Below, one piece after another: positions 40,919 to 50,989 of a stretch of DNA of 64,000 nt. The position numbers and the translations under genes were made by a program. Location: positions 480,001 through 544,000 of the forward strand of contig CBDDDZ010000003.1 of the NCBI GenBank assembly GCA_965226795.1, read 5' to 3'. The DNA is from Candidatus Latescibacterota bacterium. GTDB taxonomy: Bacteria; Latescibacterota; UBA2968; GCA-2709665. The number at the start of each line of letters is the position of its first letter. Positions within the stretch are counted from its first letter, which is position 1. The notes below the pieces were generated by a model. That model saw only the letters and a program-made list of their open reading frames with translations, was not told where the DNA came from and searched no databases.

Positions 40919-41604
40919 TCAAGACCGTAAATCTCCAAAAGGTATACAGGACCGAGGAAGTCGAAACAACCGCGCTTCGGAATGTCAATCTGGAGATCAG
41001 CGAAGGCGAGTTCGTGGCGGTGATGGGGCCATCGGGTTGCGGCAAGTCCACGCTGCTGAACGTGCTGGGGCTGTTGGATAACCCGACGGATGGGGAATAC
41101 TATCTGAACGACGTGGAGGTGTCGAAACACACGGAGCGGCAGAGAGCGGACACCCGGAAAGAGAATATCGGATTCGTGTTCCAGAGTTTCAATCTGATCG
41201 ACGAACTCACCGTGGCCGAAAACATCGAACTGCCGCTTCTGTATCTGAAGATGCCGTCCAAAGAACGCAGGAAACGCGTGGATGAGTCCATGGAGTACAT
41301 GGGCATCAAGCATCGGGAGAAGCACTTCCCGCAGCAGTTGTCGGGCGGCCAACAGCAGCGCGTGGCCGTGGCGCGGGCCGTCATTTCAAGTCCGAAAATG
41401 ATCCTTGCGGATGAGCCCACCGGGAATCTGGACTCCGCCAACGGCAACGAGGTGATGGGATTGCTGACGGAATTGAACAAGAACGGGACGACCATTGTGA
41501 TGGTGACGCACAAAGAGCACGACGCGGGATATGCCCACCGCGTCGTGCACCTGTTCGACGGCCACGTCGTGACGGAGAATATCAGGGAGCAAGCCCCGAA
41601 TTAG
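40915..41604 (+). CDS. ABC transporter ATP-binding protein (LolD/MacB-type)
   Basis: GPSGCGKS, GFVFQSFNL, LSGGQQQR, ILADEPTGNLD, MVTH. Confidence 0.95.
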   Translation: MIKTVNLQKVYRTEEVETTALRNVNLEISEGEFVAVMGPSGCGKSTLLNVLGLLDNPTDGEYYLNDVEVSKHTERQRADTRKENIGFVFQSFNLIDELTVAENIELPLLYLKMPSKERRKRVDESMEYMGIKHREKHFPQQLSGGQQQRVAVARAVISSPKMILADEPTGNLDSANGNEVMGLLTELNKNGTTIVMVTHKEHDAGYAHRVVHLFDGHVVTENIREQAPN

Positions 41605-41725
41605 AGATTATATATCGAGCCCGTCCGAGAACGACCAATCAGATCCGCTCCAGGTCTGCAGAGAGATGCTGACGTCGTCATCGCGATGTCGCAAATCCCC
41701 CGATCTGTTTCCTCGCGGCCCGTCC

Positions 41726-42688
41726 CTACAGAGGCCCCTGGTGCCCGGCGCGGATGGCTTCGCACAGCCGCATGGTCTGTACGGCGTCGTCCAGAGTTGA
41801 CCATGGCTCGCGGTCTTCCAGAATGCAGTCGACGAAGTGGACGATCTCGTTGAAGCCGGCCCCGCCAACGGCCTCGATTTCGTCGTCCCCCACCGTAAAA
41901 GCCTCGCCCCGCTCATATCCCTCCACATTCGGCGCCCTCGTCAGATCGAGATAGACCGATAAATCTTCGGCGTGCACTTCTGCCCTCTGGATCCGATAAC
42001 CCACGCCGTAGTGGCTCATCAGGACCCCGAAAGCGCCTGTGTCGAAGCGCACAACGGCGTTGTGGCGATGGCATACGGGGCGCTCGCCATCCTGCACCAT
42101 CCCCCGCACCTCCACCGGTATCGCTGCTTCCTCCGGGCCGGGACCTGCCAACCAGCGGATCAGGTCCACGTGGTGAATGGCGTCGCAGATCACCGGATCC
42201 GGCGTTGCGGCCTTAAACCGGGTTACCCGTTTGTTGTACGTGGCTGCGACGTGTACCGCGCCCCCGCCCGCCTGGATCCGCCGCCGGACCGCCAGCACCT
42301 GGGGATAGTATCGCCGGTTAAACGATACGATGGCCTTGCCGGTGCTCTGCCGGGCGGCGCGCGCCATCTGCCCGGTCTCGTCGGTGTTCATCCCGGGCGA
42401 CTTCTCCACCGACGTGTGAATACCGCGTTCCAGGCAATCGAGCACGATGGGAAGCAGATGGCCGGGATCCGTGACGACGTACACGAGATCCGGCCGGCAC
42501 GCGTCGAGCATCTGACGGTAGTCCGACGAGGCCAGGTCCGGCGCCCATTCCGCCTTGTTTTTTTGGAGACGCTCCCCGTCGAGTTCCGCAATGCCCGCCA
42601 GCTGAAGGCGTGGCTCGTCGGCTATCATCCGCAGGTGTGACTGGGCATGGCCGCCGCAGCCGATAACCGCCGCTTTCAAGTCTGTCAT
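41726..42688 (-). CDS. Gfo/Idh/MocA family oxidoreductase
   Basis: VIGCGGHA, VEKSP, SFNRRY, DAIHHVD. Confidence 0.9.
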   Translation of the reverse strand: MTDLKAAVIGCGGHAQSHLRMIADEPRLQLAGIAELDGERLQKNKAEWAPDLASSDYRQMLDACRPDLVYVVTDPGHLLPIVLDCLERGIHTSVEKSPGMNTDETGQMARAARQSTGKAIVSFNRRYYPQVLAVRRRIQAGGGAVHVAATYNKRVTRFKAATPDPVICDAIHHVDLIRWLAGPGPEEAAIPVEVRGMVQDGERPVCHRHNAVVRFDTGAFGVLMSHYGVGYRIQRAEVHAEDLSVYLDLTRAPNVEGYERGEAFTVGDDEIEAVGGAGFNEIVHFVDCILEDREPWSTLDDAVQTMRLCEAIRAGHQGPL

Positions 42689-42775
42689 GGTGAATTCCTT
42701 TCAAGGAGGGTAGACGGAAGAAGGAAATAGATAAGAAAGAAAAACGCGAAGATGTATAACGTCCCCTATTCCCTT

Positions 42776-43338
42776 GCCCTTTTTCTTGCTTCGCCCAAGA
42801 AAAAGGGCGAAAAAGAAGGGCGCCTGCCTGCCGAGCACGGCTCGGCGCAGGCAGGCCGCTCGGCGCGGGGCCGGTTTTTCCGTGAATTTCCTCAGTAGTG
42901 GAATTGGAAATCGGGTGGCCTATGAGCCCTCCAGGAGCTGCCGGTGTACGGAGATTTACGGAAGAACACGGAAAAACCCCCCGCTCCACCTCCGTCCGGT
43001 CATTAGTTATTCCTTGAAGTTCTGACGAGCGGAATGGCGCTTGTACCGCTCTTTGCTGTATGCCGATAGTTATCTGCCAAATGCTGACCGCTGATCGCTC
43101 CTCACCCCCAGGAAACCCCACCGTTCTCTAACACGATGCCTCTTGAGAGGACTACCAGAGCAGGGCGCGTTTTTCCGTCCCGCTCCAAATTACGATTTCC
43201 TCCGTGGTTGGCAGGGCAGCGGATTGGGTGGGTCCCGTGAAGTAATTCGCGCCATGCATAAAACAGGCCCCGCGCCCAGCGGCGACTTTTGGTTCCTTTT
43301 GGTCGCTTCAAAAGGAACACGCCGTAGGCAGGGAATTT
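42776..43338. repeat. Inverted doublet of the N30/N30 repeat
   Basis: Forward arm 42776-~42999 (palindrome 42823-42855); inverted arm ~43145-43338. Confidence 0.8.
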
Positions 43339-43401
43339 GTGGAAAGGTGGATTTTGATTTTGACTTTCCCCTATTGCCTTTGGCTGACCCCTGACCGCTA
43401 C

Positions 43402-43445
43402 GTAGGGTAACATCTGTTCGGGCACATAGATAACACTTTTCGTGG
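43402..43445. mobile_element. Degenerate IS481-like end fragment
   Basis: GGGTAACA...GCACATAGATAACACTTTTCG matches the left end of the MITE at 11761 and 53793. Confidence 0.45.
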
Positions 43446-43588
43446 CGGCCCCTGCAGGCTGCCACGTGACCGTTGAGGTGAGAAGTGTCGATAACCGGAA
43501 CGGTCGCGCCCGGGGTCGATGCGGGCGCCGCAGCAACGTTCGACCGGGGGTAAAGCGAGTGCGAACGCGAGGCGCGTCCCTTTTTCTG

Positions 43589-43618
43589 TTGACACCTCTG
43601 GACTTCCAACAGTACCAT
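43589..43618 (+). promoter_or_regulatory. Putative sigma70 promoter for the PhyH gene
   Basis: TTGACA-18 nt-TACCAT; SD GGAGG before ATG 43675. Confidence 0.45.
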
Positions 43619-43674
43619 GACACCAGCATTTTGCGTCGTTCTCTGGTGATTGTACAACATAGAGGAGGTCAGAA

Positions 43675-45429
43675 ATGGACCGCGAGGAGATGAGCCACGA
43701 GGAGAACTACTGTTTCGATATTTCGGGCTACCTGATCTTACGGGGCGTTCTGACTCCCAAAGAGGTCGAGGCCTGCAATCGGGCGCTCGAGAGCGAGGGC
43801 CGCGTGAGTGGGATGCTGGGATGGCCCGCACCGCATAGGGAGCCGTTCCGGGACCTGATGGTCCAACCCCTGCTGGTTGGGTACCTGAACCAGCTCATCG
43901 GATATGGTTTCCGGCTGGACCGGGAACCGGAGCTGATCGGCAAAGCGGATGGGGCTGCCGGTGGCCTCGTTGGCGGCAATGAACCGATGGACGCCGGCCG
44001 GGCGTACTACATCCTCAACGGCCGCCGGCACTGCCAGGGAATACACGCCATCTGGGCGCTGTCCGATACGAGCGCGGGAGATGGCGGGTTTTCGCTGGTC
44101 CCGTGCAGCCACAAAAGCAATGTGGGAACCCCCGAAGATGTGCTGACCGGGAGGGACGACCTGGGACTGACCGTGCAGCCGGTGCTGAAGGCGGGCGACC
44201 TGCTGCTTTGCGTGGCGACCCTGCTTCAGGGCGTACGTCCCGGAACGAGGGAGCACCCGCAGCGGCTGCTCTTGTACAAATACGCGGGGCACGCGGCGGT
44301 GCAATCCATCGGCACCGGACCGAAGACCCGACGGGAGGACCAGCCGGAATGGATGGCGGAATTGACGCCGGAGCAGCGTGTTATGCTGCACAAGCCGGGA
44401 TACGGGGATTCGGACCCGCCTCCCACGCTCAGCTCGGATGGAGAGACCTGTCGGGTGGACCCGGAACCCGACCTGTCCCACCCTTCCATCTATATCAAGA
44501 ATCCGGATTCGAACATCGACGAGAAGGAGTTCTATTTTTGGGACCTGTGCGGTAATCTCGTCCTCCGAAATGTGATGACTCCGGAAGACCTGGCGCTGGC
44601 GAACGAGGCGGTCGACCGGTTTACGGACCGCATCGTGGTTGAAAGCGTAGATCTGGCCAAGGGGTCCAAGAGCCTGGCCGGAACCGGGCGGCCCACCATG
44701 ACCGGCCTGCTTGAAATGCCCAGGCCCTACTGTGAACCGTTCCGGAAGATGCTCGCCCACCCGGCAGTGGTACACCGCCTCACCTGGATGGGTGGGAAGG
44801 GCTTCCGGTGTACGGGCTTTGAGGCGATCTGTACGGCCAGGGGAGGCGCCGGACATTTTCTTCATGGCGGCAACGAGCCGTTGAGTCCATCTCGCAACTA
44901 TACCTTCCAGAACGGCCGCAGCTATGCGCTGGGGGGCCCGTCCGTTGCGGTGGCCTGGCAATTGCGGGATGTCACCAAGAACGACGGGGGGTTTGCCTGC
45001 GTGCCGGGAAGCCACAAGGCGCAGTACAGCATCCCCAGGGGCGTTTGGACCTGCGACGAGGACATGGGGCTGGTGGTACATCCGCTGACAAAGGCCGGGG
45101 ACGTCATCTTTTTTATGGACGGCCCGCAGGCGCACGGTGCACTGGCGTGGAAGAGCGACGTCCCGCGCCGCGTAATCCTGACGCGGTACTCCTCGCGGCA
45201 CTTCAACGGGGGGGCGGCAATGGCGACCCCGGAGGAGCGATGGGGGGATCTTCTGGAGGGGATGGGTGGGGCGCAGCTGGCGATGATGCGGGGGCCGGAC
45301 CGCGACGAGAAGGGCAGCAACGTGCCGCGGCTGGTTTCGGAGAACGGAAAAATCGAGGTCGTTTACGACCGGAGTCAGGGTGGGCTTTACACCGGGGCGA
45401 CCCCAAAGGGGGCGCCGTCCAGGCGTTGA
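43675..45429 (+). CDS. Tandem two-domain PhyH-family Fe(II)/2-oxoglutarate oxygenase
   Basis: Two repeats of FD/WDL.G.L.LR, DGGF..VP.SHK, KAGD; His ligands (LHGG, AHG) only in domain 2. Confidence 0.85.
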   Translation: MDREEMSHEENYCFDISGYLILRGVLTPKEVEACNRALESEGRVSGMLGWPAPHREPFRDLMVQPLLVGYLNQLIGYGFRLDREPELIGKADGAAGGLVGGNEPMDAGRAYYILNGRRHCQGIHAIWALSDTSAGDGGFSLVPCSHKSNVGTPEDVLTGRDDLGLTVQPVLKAGDLLLCVATLLQGVRPGTREHPQRLLLYKYAGHAAVQSIGTGPKTRREDQPEWMAELTPEQRVMLHKPGYGDSDPPPTLSSDGETCRVDPEPDLSHPSIYIKNPDSNIDEKEFYFWDLCGNLVLRNVMTPEDLALANEAVDRFTDRIVVESVDLAKGSKSLAGTGRPTMTGLLEMPRPYCEPFRKMLAHPAVVHRLTWMGGKGFRCTGFEAICTARGGAGHFLHGGNEPLSPSRNYTFQNGRSYALGGPSVAVAWQLRDVTKNDGGFACVPGSHKAQYSIPRGVWTCDEDMGLVVHPLTKAGDVIFFMDGPQAHGALAWKSDVPRRVILTRYSSRHFNGGAAMATPEERWGDLLEGMGGAQLAMMRGPDRDEKGSNVPRLVSENGKIEVVYDRSQGGLYTGATPKGAPSRR

Positions 45430-45551
45430 GACCCTGGGCCGGGTTCAGGCCCTCCATGCGGAACGGAGCAGTCCCCGGAGCGAGAACACCGCGCCGGGGT
45501 CTGCAGTTTCGGAGATGCGGGGACGGGGTTTGGTCCTACTGCCTATCCCTT

Positions 45552-46092
45552 GCCCTTTTTCTTGCATCGCCAAAGAAAAAGGGCGAAAAAGAAGGGCGCC
45601 TGCCTGCCGAGCACGGCTCGGCGCAGGCAGGCCGCTCAGACGTCGCGGGGCTGCTCTTCCGCGAATCGCTTCACGGGAGATTACCAGCGTCGTTTCCCTG
45701 CGGCCCATTGGAGCGATCCGGAACCACATTGCTGGACGGATTACCGCGGAAAAGCCCCCGCCCCGCCTTCGGGCGGGCGAGAGTTGGTCTGGATAAGACC
45801 GCCGCTTGTGCTTGTACCGCCTTTAGCCGACAGCTTACGGCTGATAGATCCTCGCTCACGGAATACCGATGTAAATACACTCGAAATGCCTTTCGAGAGG
45901 ACTGCCAGAGCAGAGCGCGCGGTTCCGTCCAGCAGCTCGGCCCCTGATATTCACCATTGTTTGCAGGGCAGCAGATCCCGTGTATCCCGTGAGATAATTC
46001 GCGCTGTGCATATGGCAGGCCCCGCGCCTAGCGGCGACTTTTGGTTCCTTTTGGTCGCTTCAAAAGGAACCCGCCGGAGGCAGGGAATTCGG
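45552..46092. repeat. Inverted doublet of the N30/N30 repeat
   Basis: Forward arm 45552-~45780 (palindrome 45599-45631); inverted arm ~45892-46092. Confidence 0.85.
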
Positions 46093-46155
46093 GGAGATGT
46101 AGTTTTTCGATCTAGTTTCGTGCCTCTGGCTGACCGCTGCTCGCTGCCATTGTTT

Positions 46156-46327
46156 CCCTTTGTGTCTTCGTGCCTTTGTGTGAGTTGATGTTCCCGCGCC
46201 AAGGCTGAATTTGTAGGGGCAACCCTTGTGGTTGCCCGCATACGGGCGCGGACATCGGCAATTAACGTCGCCAGGCCGAATCGCTAGCCGGTTTAAGCTG
46301 ACAGCTGTAAGCTGATGGCTAATAGCT
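46156..46327. repeat. 9-mer tract, GTAG-type REP (46213-46237) and GCTGA heptamer tract
   Basis: Match to 12423-12451 and 2563-2677. Confidence 0.65.
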
Positions 46328-46359
46328 TATTTTTCCTCCACCCGACAACTTATTTTTCC

Positions 46360-47319
46360 TCATCGGATCGTAACCGATGTTGAGGGGAGTTCGACGAGTT
46401 CGCGTGTGCGGGCGGATTCGTGCATGGCCATGAGGAGTTCGGTTGCGGCCCGGCCTTTTTCACCTGAGCTCCGGTGTTCGGGCCCGCCTTCGAGCCACGC
46501 GATCATTTCACGTGTCTGTTCGAACAAATCCGGGATGGGTTCTTCCTGAAATGTGGAGATGCCATTTTTGTCCGTGAGGATCACTTCGTTGATGTCGGCG
46601 TCTATCGTGCCTTCGCTTCCCAGAACGCGAAAGCGGAAGCCGTCTTTCGGTACCTTTTCGCCCATTTCGACGAGGGCGCGGGTTCCGGTTTTGAAGGCGA
46701 CAAGCCCCATGCTCGATTCTTCGGCGGGCGAACCCTGATACAGGGTGACGCGTTTGCGGGACGCCTGGCCCATCACCCAGTCCGCTTCCGGGTCGCCCAG
46801 AAGGTAGCGCATCATGTCCACGATGTGGGTGCCGTTGTCCACAAGGCAACTGGTGAGATAACACCAGACGAGGCGGGGTTCTCCTATTGCGCCCTCCGCG
46901 ATCAGGCGGCGCGCCTTGTTGAAGTTGGGGTTCTGTCGGTGGCGATGGGCAATGACAAGCCGAGTGTTGCTCTGCCGGCAGGCGTGGATCATCGCATCGG
47001 CGTCGTCCAGGCTCAGGCACATGGGTTTTTCGCAAAGTACGCCTTTTGCCCCCGCGTTTGCCGCGGCGATGGTCTGCTCGGCGTGGACCTTCGGGTAGGT
47101 GCATACGCTGACGAGATCGATGTCGCGCTCGTGGCTGAAGAGTTCCCGGTGGGACGCATATCGACCCGAAATATTGAATTGGTCGCTGGTTCTATTGAGG
47201 TTCTCCGGGTTGATGTCGCAGGCGGCAACCAGTTGGACGCCGCCCTGTTCCAGGTAGGCTCTCGCATGGCGGCCGGAGATGCCGCCGCAGCCGATGAGGG
47301 CCGCTCGGTAGGAGGGCAT
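46360..47319 (-). CDS. Gfo/Idh/MocA family oxidoreductase (C-terminus possibly frameshifted near 46385)
   Basis: LIGCGGIS, LCEKPM, DNGTHIVD. Confidence 0.9.
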   Translation of the reverse strand: MPSYRAALIGCGGISGRHARAYLEQGGVQLVAACDINPENLNRTSDQFNISGRYASHRELFSHERDIDLVSVCTYPKVHAEQTIAAANAGAKGVLCEKPMCLSLDDADAMIHACRQSNTRLVIAHRHRQNPNFNKARRLIAEGAIGEPRLVWCYLTSCLVDNGTHIVDMMRYLLGDPEADWVMGQASRKRVTLYQGSPAEESSMGLVAFKTGTRALVEMGEKVPKDGFRFRVLGSEGTIDADINEVILTDKNGISTFQEEPIPDLFEQTREMIAWLEGGPEHRSSGEKGRAATELLMAMHESARTRELVELPSTSVTIR

Positions 47320-47393
47320 TGGTGTCGCTCCGTGTGACGGGTTTGGACGATGGGCCTGCGAGAATCGGCCCCGTACGGTTCAAACGCCGGAGA

Positions 47394-48332
47394 TCAGGGA
47401 GTCCAGGATTTCGCGCGCTTCGCGTATTCTCGCGCCTGCGCGAAGATATCCACGCCGACCTCCTCCGACCAGGCTTCAATGAGACGTCGATACACGGGTC
47501 CGGGACGGCCTGTGCCGACCGGCTGAAAGTTGAAACGGGTGATGGGGACCATGCAGATCGTGGTCGACGTGTACCACGCTTCGTCGGCGTCGCGTACATC
47601 GTAGGGTTCGATATTGGTTTCCCGGACGGGGATGTTCAACCGTTCGGCCAGCTCCATGCAGGCCTGTCGGGAAATTCCGCGCAGGATATCGTGGGGTTTG
47701 GGGGTGAGGATCTCGCCGTTGAGGACGATGAAAAAGTTGTTGCCGGTGCCTTCGGTGATGAACCCATGCTCGTCGGTGAGGAGGGCGCTGGCTCCGTCTT
47801 CCATGCGTTGCGCCTGCAAATTGGCAAGCTGGTAGTAGATCCGGCTGCGGTTTTTTGCTTTAGGATCTATGTAGCGGGCCGGTACGGATTGCTGGGGCGT
47901 GACCACAAAATGAGCCCCCTGCACGTAATAGTGAGCGGTGCCGCCGACGTGGCGCACGAGCGGGATGACATTGATGGTAACGATCGGACGCAGGCCTTCC
48001 CCGACGAGCGTGTCGTACAGGGGAAGGGCGCCCCGGGTGACGTTGTGCATAATCTGGTAGTCCAGGCCTTCCAACGCGGGTAGATTCCGTTCTATGGTCT
48101 CCCCGGTGGCGGCTTCCATCTCTTCAATGCTCAGGCCGCAATCGATTTCGGCGTATTTCATGGACGCGTATAGCCGGTCCAGGTGGTTGCGCAGGCGGTA
48201 GGGTTTTTGCTTGAATGAGCGGGTCATTTCAAATACCATGTCCCCGAACATGAGGGCCGAGTCGAAAATGGAGATGCGGGCGTCGCGTTCGGAGACGAAG
48301 TTGCCGTTGAAGTAGACGAGGCGCTGAGGCAT
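47394..48332 (-). CDS. PLP-dependent aminotransferase class IV (BCAT/ADC-lyase fold)
   Basis: FGDMVFE, HLDRLY, catalytic Lys in DPKAKNRSR, EGTGNNFF, ILRGISR. Confidence 0.9.
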   Translation of the reverse strand: MPQRLVYFNGNFVSERDARISIFDSALMFGDMVFEMTRSFKQKPYRLRNHLDRLYASMKYAEIDCGLSIEEMEAATGETIERNLPALEGLDYQIMHNVTRGALPLYDTLVGEGLRPIVTINVIPLVRHVGGTAHYYVQGAHFVVTPQQSVPARYIDPKAKNRSRIYYQLANLQAQRMEDGASALLTDEHGFITEGTGNNFFIVLNGEILTPKPHDILRGISRQACMELAERLNIPVRETNIEPYDVRDADEAWYTSTTICMVPITRFNFQPVGTGRPGPVYRRLIEAWSEEVGVDIFAQAREYAKRAKSWTP

Positions 48333-48636
48333 TGGCGTACCTTTAAAAAGGCAGTAAGAAGGAAGACGTGAGAAGTGAGACGTGAGAAAAGACAAAAAAC
48401 AACCCGGTTTCGGGTGGCCCTCGTATCTCTTACGTCTAGAGTCTTGCCAAACAAAAATCAACGATAAGCAAGGAAGATGGTAGAAGTGAGGCAAAGCAAA
48501 ACCAATCGGGGTGGAAAGGTCTTCTTTCCTCTTGCTGTCTTCTATATATACGATCGGTTCTGGTGGAATTCAAGCGATGTAATGGCACGTGTCCGAGCGG
48601 TCGTCCAACCGGCCGTTTGAGGTGAGGAATATCGCA

Positions 48637-49893
48637 ATGAAAATCTCGGAGATTGAGGTGATTCCGCTGCGGGTTCCGTATGAAGCCCGAATCCGGAAGA
48701 CGTACCACCACTTCGCGATGCTGGAGGACGTGACGGTTTACAGATTTCATACGAATACCGGGCTTGTGGGACTGGGTGAAAACGGGGGATCGCCTTTCGA
48801 CAAAGAGACGCTAAACGCATATATCGGGACGGATCCGTTCGATCACGTAATGGGTCGGGGGCGTTTCAACCTGGATATGGCGTGCTACGATCTCATGGGG
48901 AAGCACCTGGGGTTGCCCGCGTGGAAGGTGATGGGGCAGCAGGAGCGTCATTGGGTGGCGATGGGGTGGTGGATGCCGAGCATGTCGCCGGAGGATACGG
49001 CGGCGGAAGTCCAGGTGGCGGCGGGTCGCGGGTACCGTGGGTTGAAGTGCAAGGCGCGGGCATTTTACGACGTTATAGAATGCGCACAGGCGATTCAGGA
49101 CGTGGCGCCGCCGGATTTCCGCGTGGAATTCGACTTCAACGGCGCACTGATTTGCGTGGAAAGAGCGCTGCCCGTGTTACGGGCGCTGGAGAAAATTCCC
49201 GTCGTCAAGGGCGTCGAGGAGCCCATCTTCGCATACGATATCGAAGGGTGGCGCAGGCTGCACCGGGAGATCCGCATCCCGTTCTATCTGCACGGCGTGC
49301 GCGTGCTTTCCGAGGCGGCCTCCAGGCAGCCGTCCGGGCCATGGACAGGGCTGCGGGCCGGCGACTTTGAAGGCGCGTTGTGCAGCCACGAGTGCGTCCG
49401 GGATGCGCTGGCGGCGGGGTGGACATTCGCCGCGGCGAATACGCCGATCCTGCTGCAATACGTGGGAACGGGTATTACGACGGCGTTTGCACTTCATTTG
49501 GGAGCGGCGATGCCGACGGCGACGTTGCCGGGGGTGACGGCCAGCCATTCCTATGAAGACGATTTGATTGTAGACCCACATCCCATTCAGAGGGGTTTTA
49601 TGAAGGTCCCGGAGGCGCCGGGCCTGGGCGTGGTCCTGGACGAGGAAGCCGTGGCGAAGTACGGAGCGTCGCCCGCGGCGGAATGGCCCCGGCATCTGTC
49701 GGTGGTGACGTTTCCAGGCGGCGTCAAGCACTATTATCGAAATCTGCAGCAGGCGGAGCGGTTAATGAAGCAGGGCGTGGACGAGTCCTTCGCGCCCGGC
49801 GTGCGGCTGGATGAATGGGAGGACGACGGCAGCGAGGCGTTCGACGGGTTGTGGAAGCGGCTGCAGGCACAGGATTGGCCGGTGTGGGACTGA
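48637..49893 (+). CDS. Mandelate racemase/muconate lactonizing enzyme family protein
   Basis: GLVGLGE, DLMGKHLGLP, KCK, DFNG, EEP, PGLGV. Confidence 0.85.
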   Translation: MKISEIEVIPLRVPYEARIRKTYHHFAMLEDVTVYRFHTNTGLVGLGENGGSPFDKETLNAYIGTDPFDHVMGRGRFNLDMACYDLMGKHLGLPAWKVMGQQERHWVAMGWWMPSMSPEDTAAEVQVAAGRGYRGLKCKARAFYDVIECAQAIQDVAPPDFRVEFDFNGALICVERALPVLRALEKIPVVKGVEEPIFAYDIEGWRRLHREIRIPFYLHGVRVLSEAASRQPSGPWTGLRAGDFEGALCSHECVRDALAAGWTFAAANTPILLQYVGTGITTAFALHLGAAMPTATLPGVTASHSYEDDLIVDPHPIQRGFMKVPEAPGLGVVLDEEAVAKYGASPAAEWPRHLSVVTFPGGVKHYYRNLQQAERLMKQGVDESFAPGVRLDEWEDDGSEAFDGLWKRLQAQDWPVWD

Positions 49894-49914
49894 TTCTGAG
49901 AGAGGTGCGGATAG

Positions 49915-50877
49915 ATGAGAGCGGCTAGATTGGTCGCGCCCCGGCGGTGGGAACTGGCCGAGGTGGAAAGACCCCGGGCGACAGAGGAGATGATGCTGGT
50001 GCGCCTGGAGCGGGTGGGCATCTGCGGGACGGACAGACCGGCGTTTTCCGGAACGGGCGGTTCCTACCCGATGGGTCTGGGTGAGACGGGTCATGAGGGT
50101 CTGGGCATTGTGGAGGCCTGTTCTTCAGGCGCCTTTAACGCCGGCGATCGGGTGCTGCTTTGGGGGTTCGACCGGGGGCTGTTCCAGGAATACGTGCTGG
50201 CCGATCCGGCCGGATGCGTGAAGCTGCCGACGGACCTTGAACCGGAGGTGGCGCTGATGAGCCAGTTGCTGGGGACGGTCATCCACTGTTTCTATAAACT
50301 GGGCAACGTTATCAACCTGAAGGCGGTGGTGATCGGGCAGGGGCCGGTGGGCCAACTCTTCAACGCGACGCTGCGCAACCTGGGCGCCAGGGATATTATC
50401 GGGGTGGATCCGCTTCCCCACCGGCTGGAAGTGTCTCCGAAGATGGGCGCGACCCATACGATCAACCCGGATACGTGCGACCTGGCGAAGGCCGTATCGG
50501 AGATAACGGGCGGGGAGATGGCGGACCTGGCGGTGGAGGCCGTGGGCAGGGAGGCCACCTTCAACCTTTGCGGCGATTTGCTGCGCCGGAACGGCACGCT
50601 GGTTTACTTCGGGGTGCCGAACAAGGAGAATGCGGAGGGGCGGATGACGCTTGCGTTCATGGAGATGTTCAGGAAGGAACTCCAGATCGTGACGTCGGTA
50701 GGTCCGAATCCGGACATGGATTTTACCATCGCACTGGACTGGATCGCGCAGCGCCGGCTGGACGTGCGGCCCATTTTGACGCACCTGCTGCCATTCGAGA
50801 GAATCCAGGAGGCGTTCGAATTGGCTTTTGAGCATCCTGAGACGGATGGCGCAGTTAAGGTGGTTCTGGCATTTTGA
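49915..50877 (+). CDS. Zinc-binding (MDR) dehydrogenase
   Basis: GICGTD, GHEG, GQGPVG; no structural-zinc Cys lobe. Confidence 0.88.
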   Translation: MRAARLVAPRRWELAEVERPRATEEMMLVRLERVGICGTDRPAFSGTGGSYPMGLGETGHEGLGIVEACSSGAFNAGDRVLLWGFDRGLFQEYVLADPAGCVKLPTDLEPEVALMSQLLGTVIHCFYKLGNVINLKAVVIGQGPVGQLFNATLRNLGARDIIGVDPLPHRLEVSPKMGATHTINPDTCDLAKAVSEITGGEMADLAVEAVGREATFNLCGDLLRRNGTLVYFGVPNKENAEGRMTLAFMEMFRKELQIVTSVGPNPDMDFTIALDWIAQRRLDVRPILTHLLPFERIQEAFELAFEHPETDGAVKVVLAF

Positions 50878-50989
50878 TGGTGGCCACTTTGAGGTGATGG
50901 AACGACAGTTTGCGGTTCGGCACGTGGCAGACCGCAGGCATTCCGCATCGAGTCGCCCGGGTGGATGGTAACGGGAGCACGTGTCGGCC

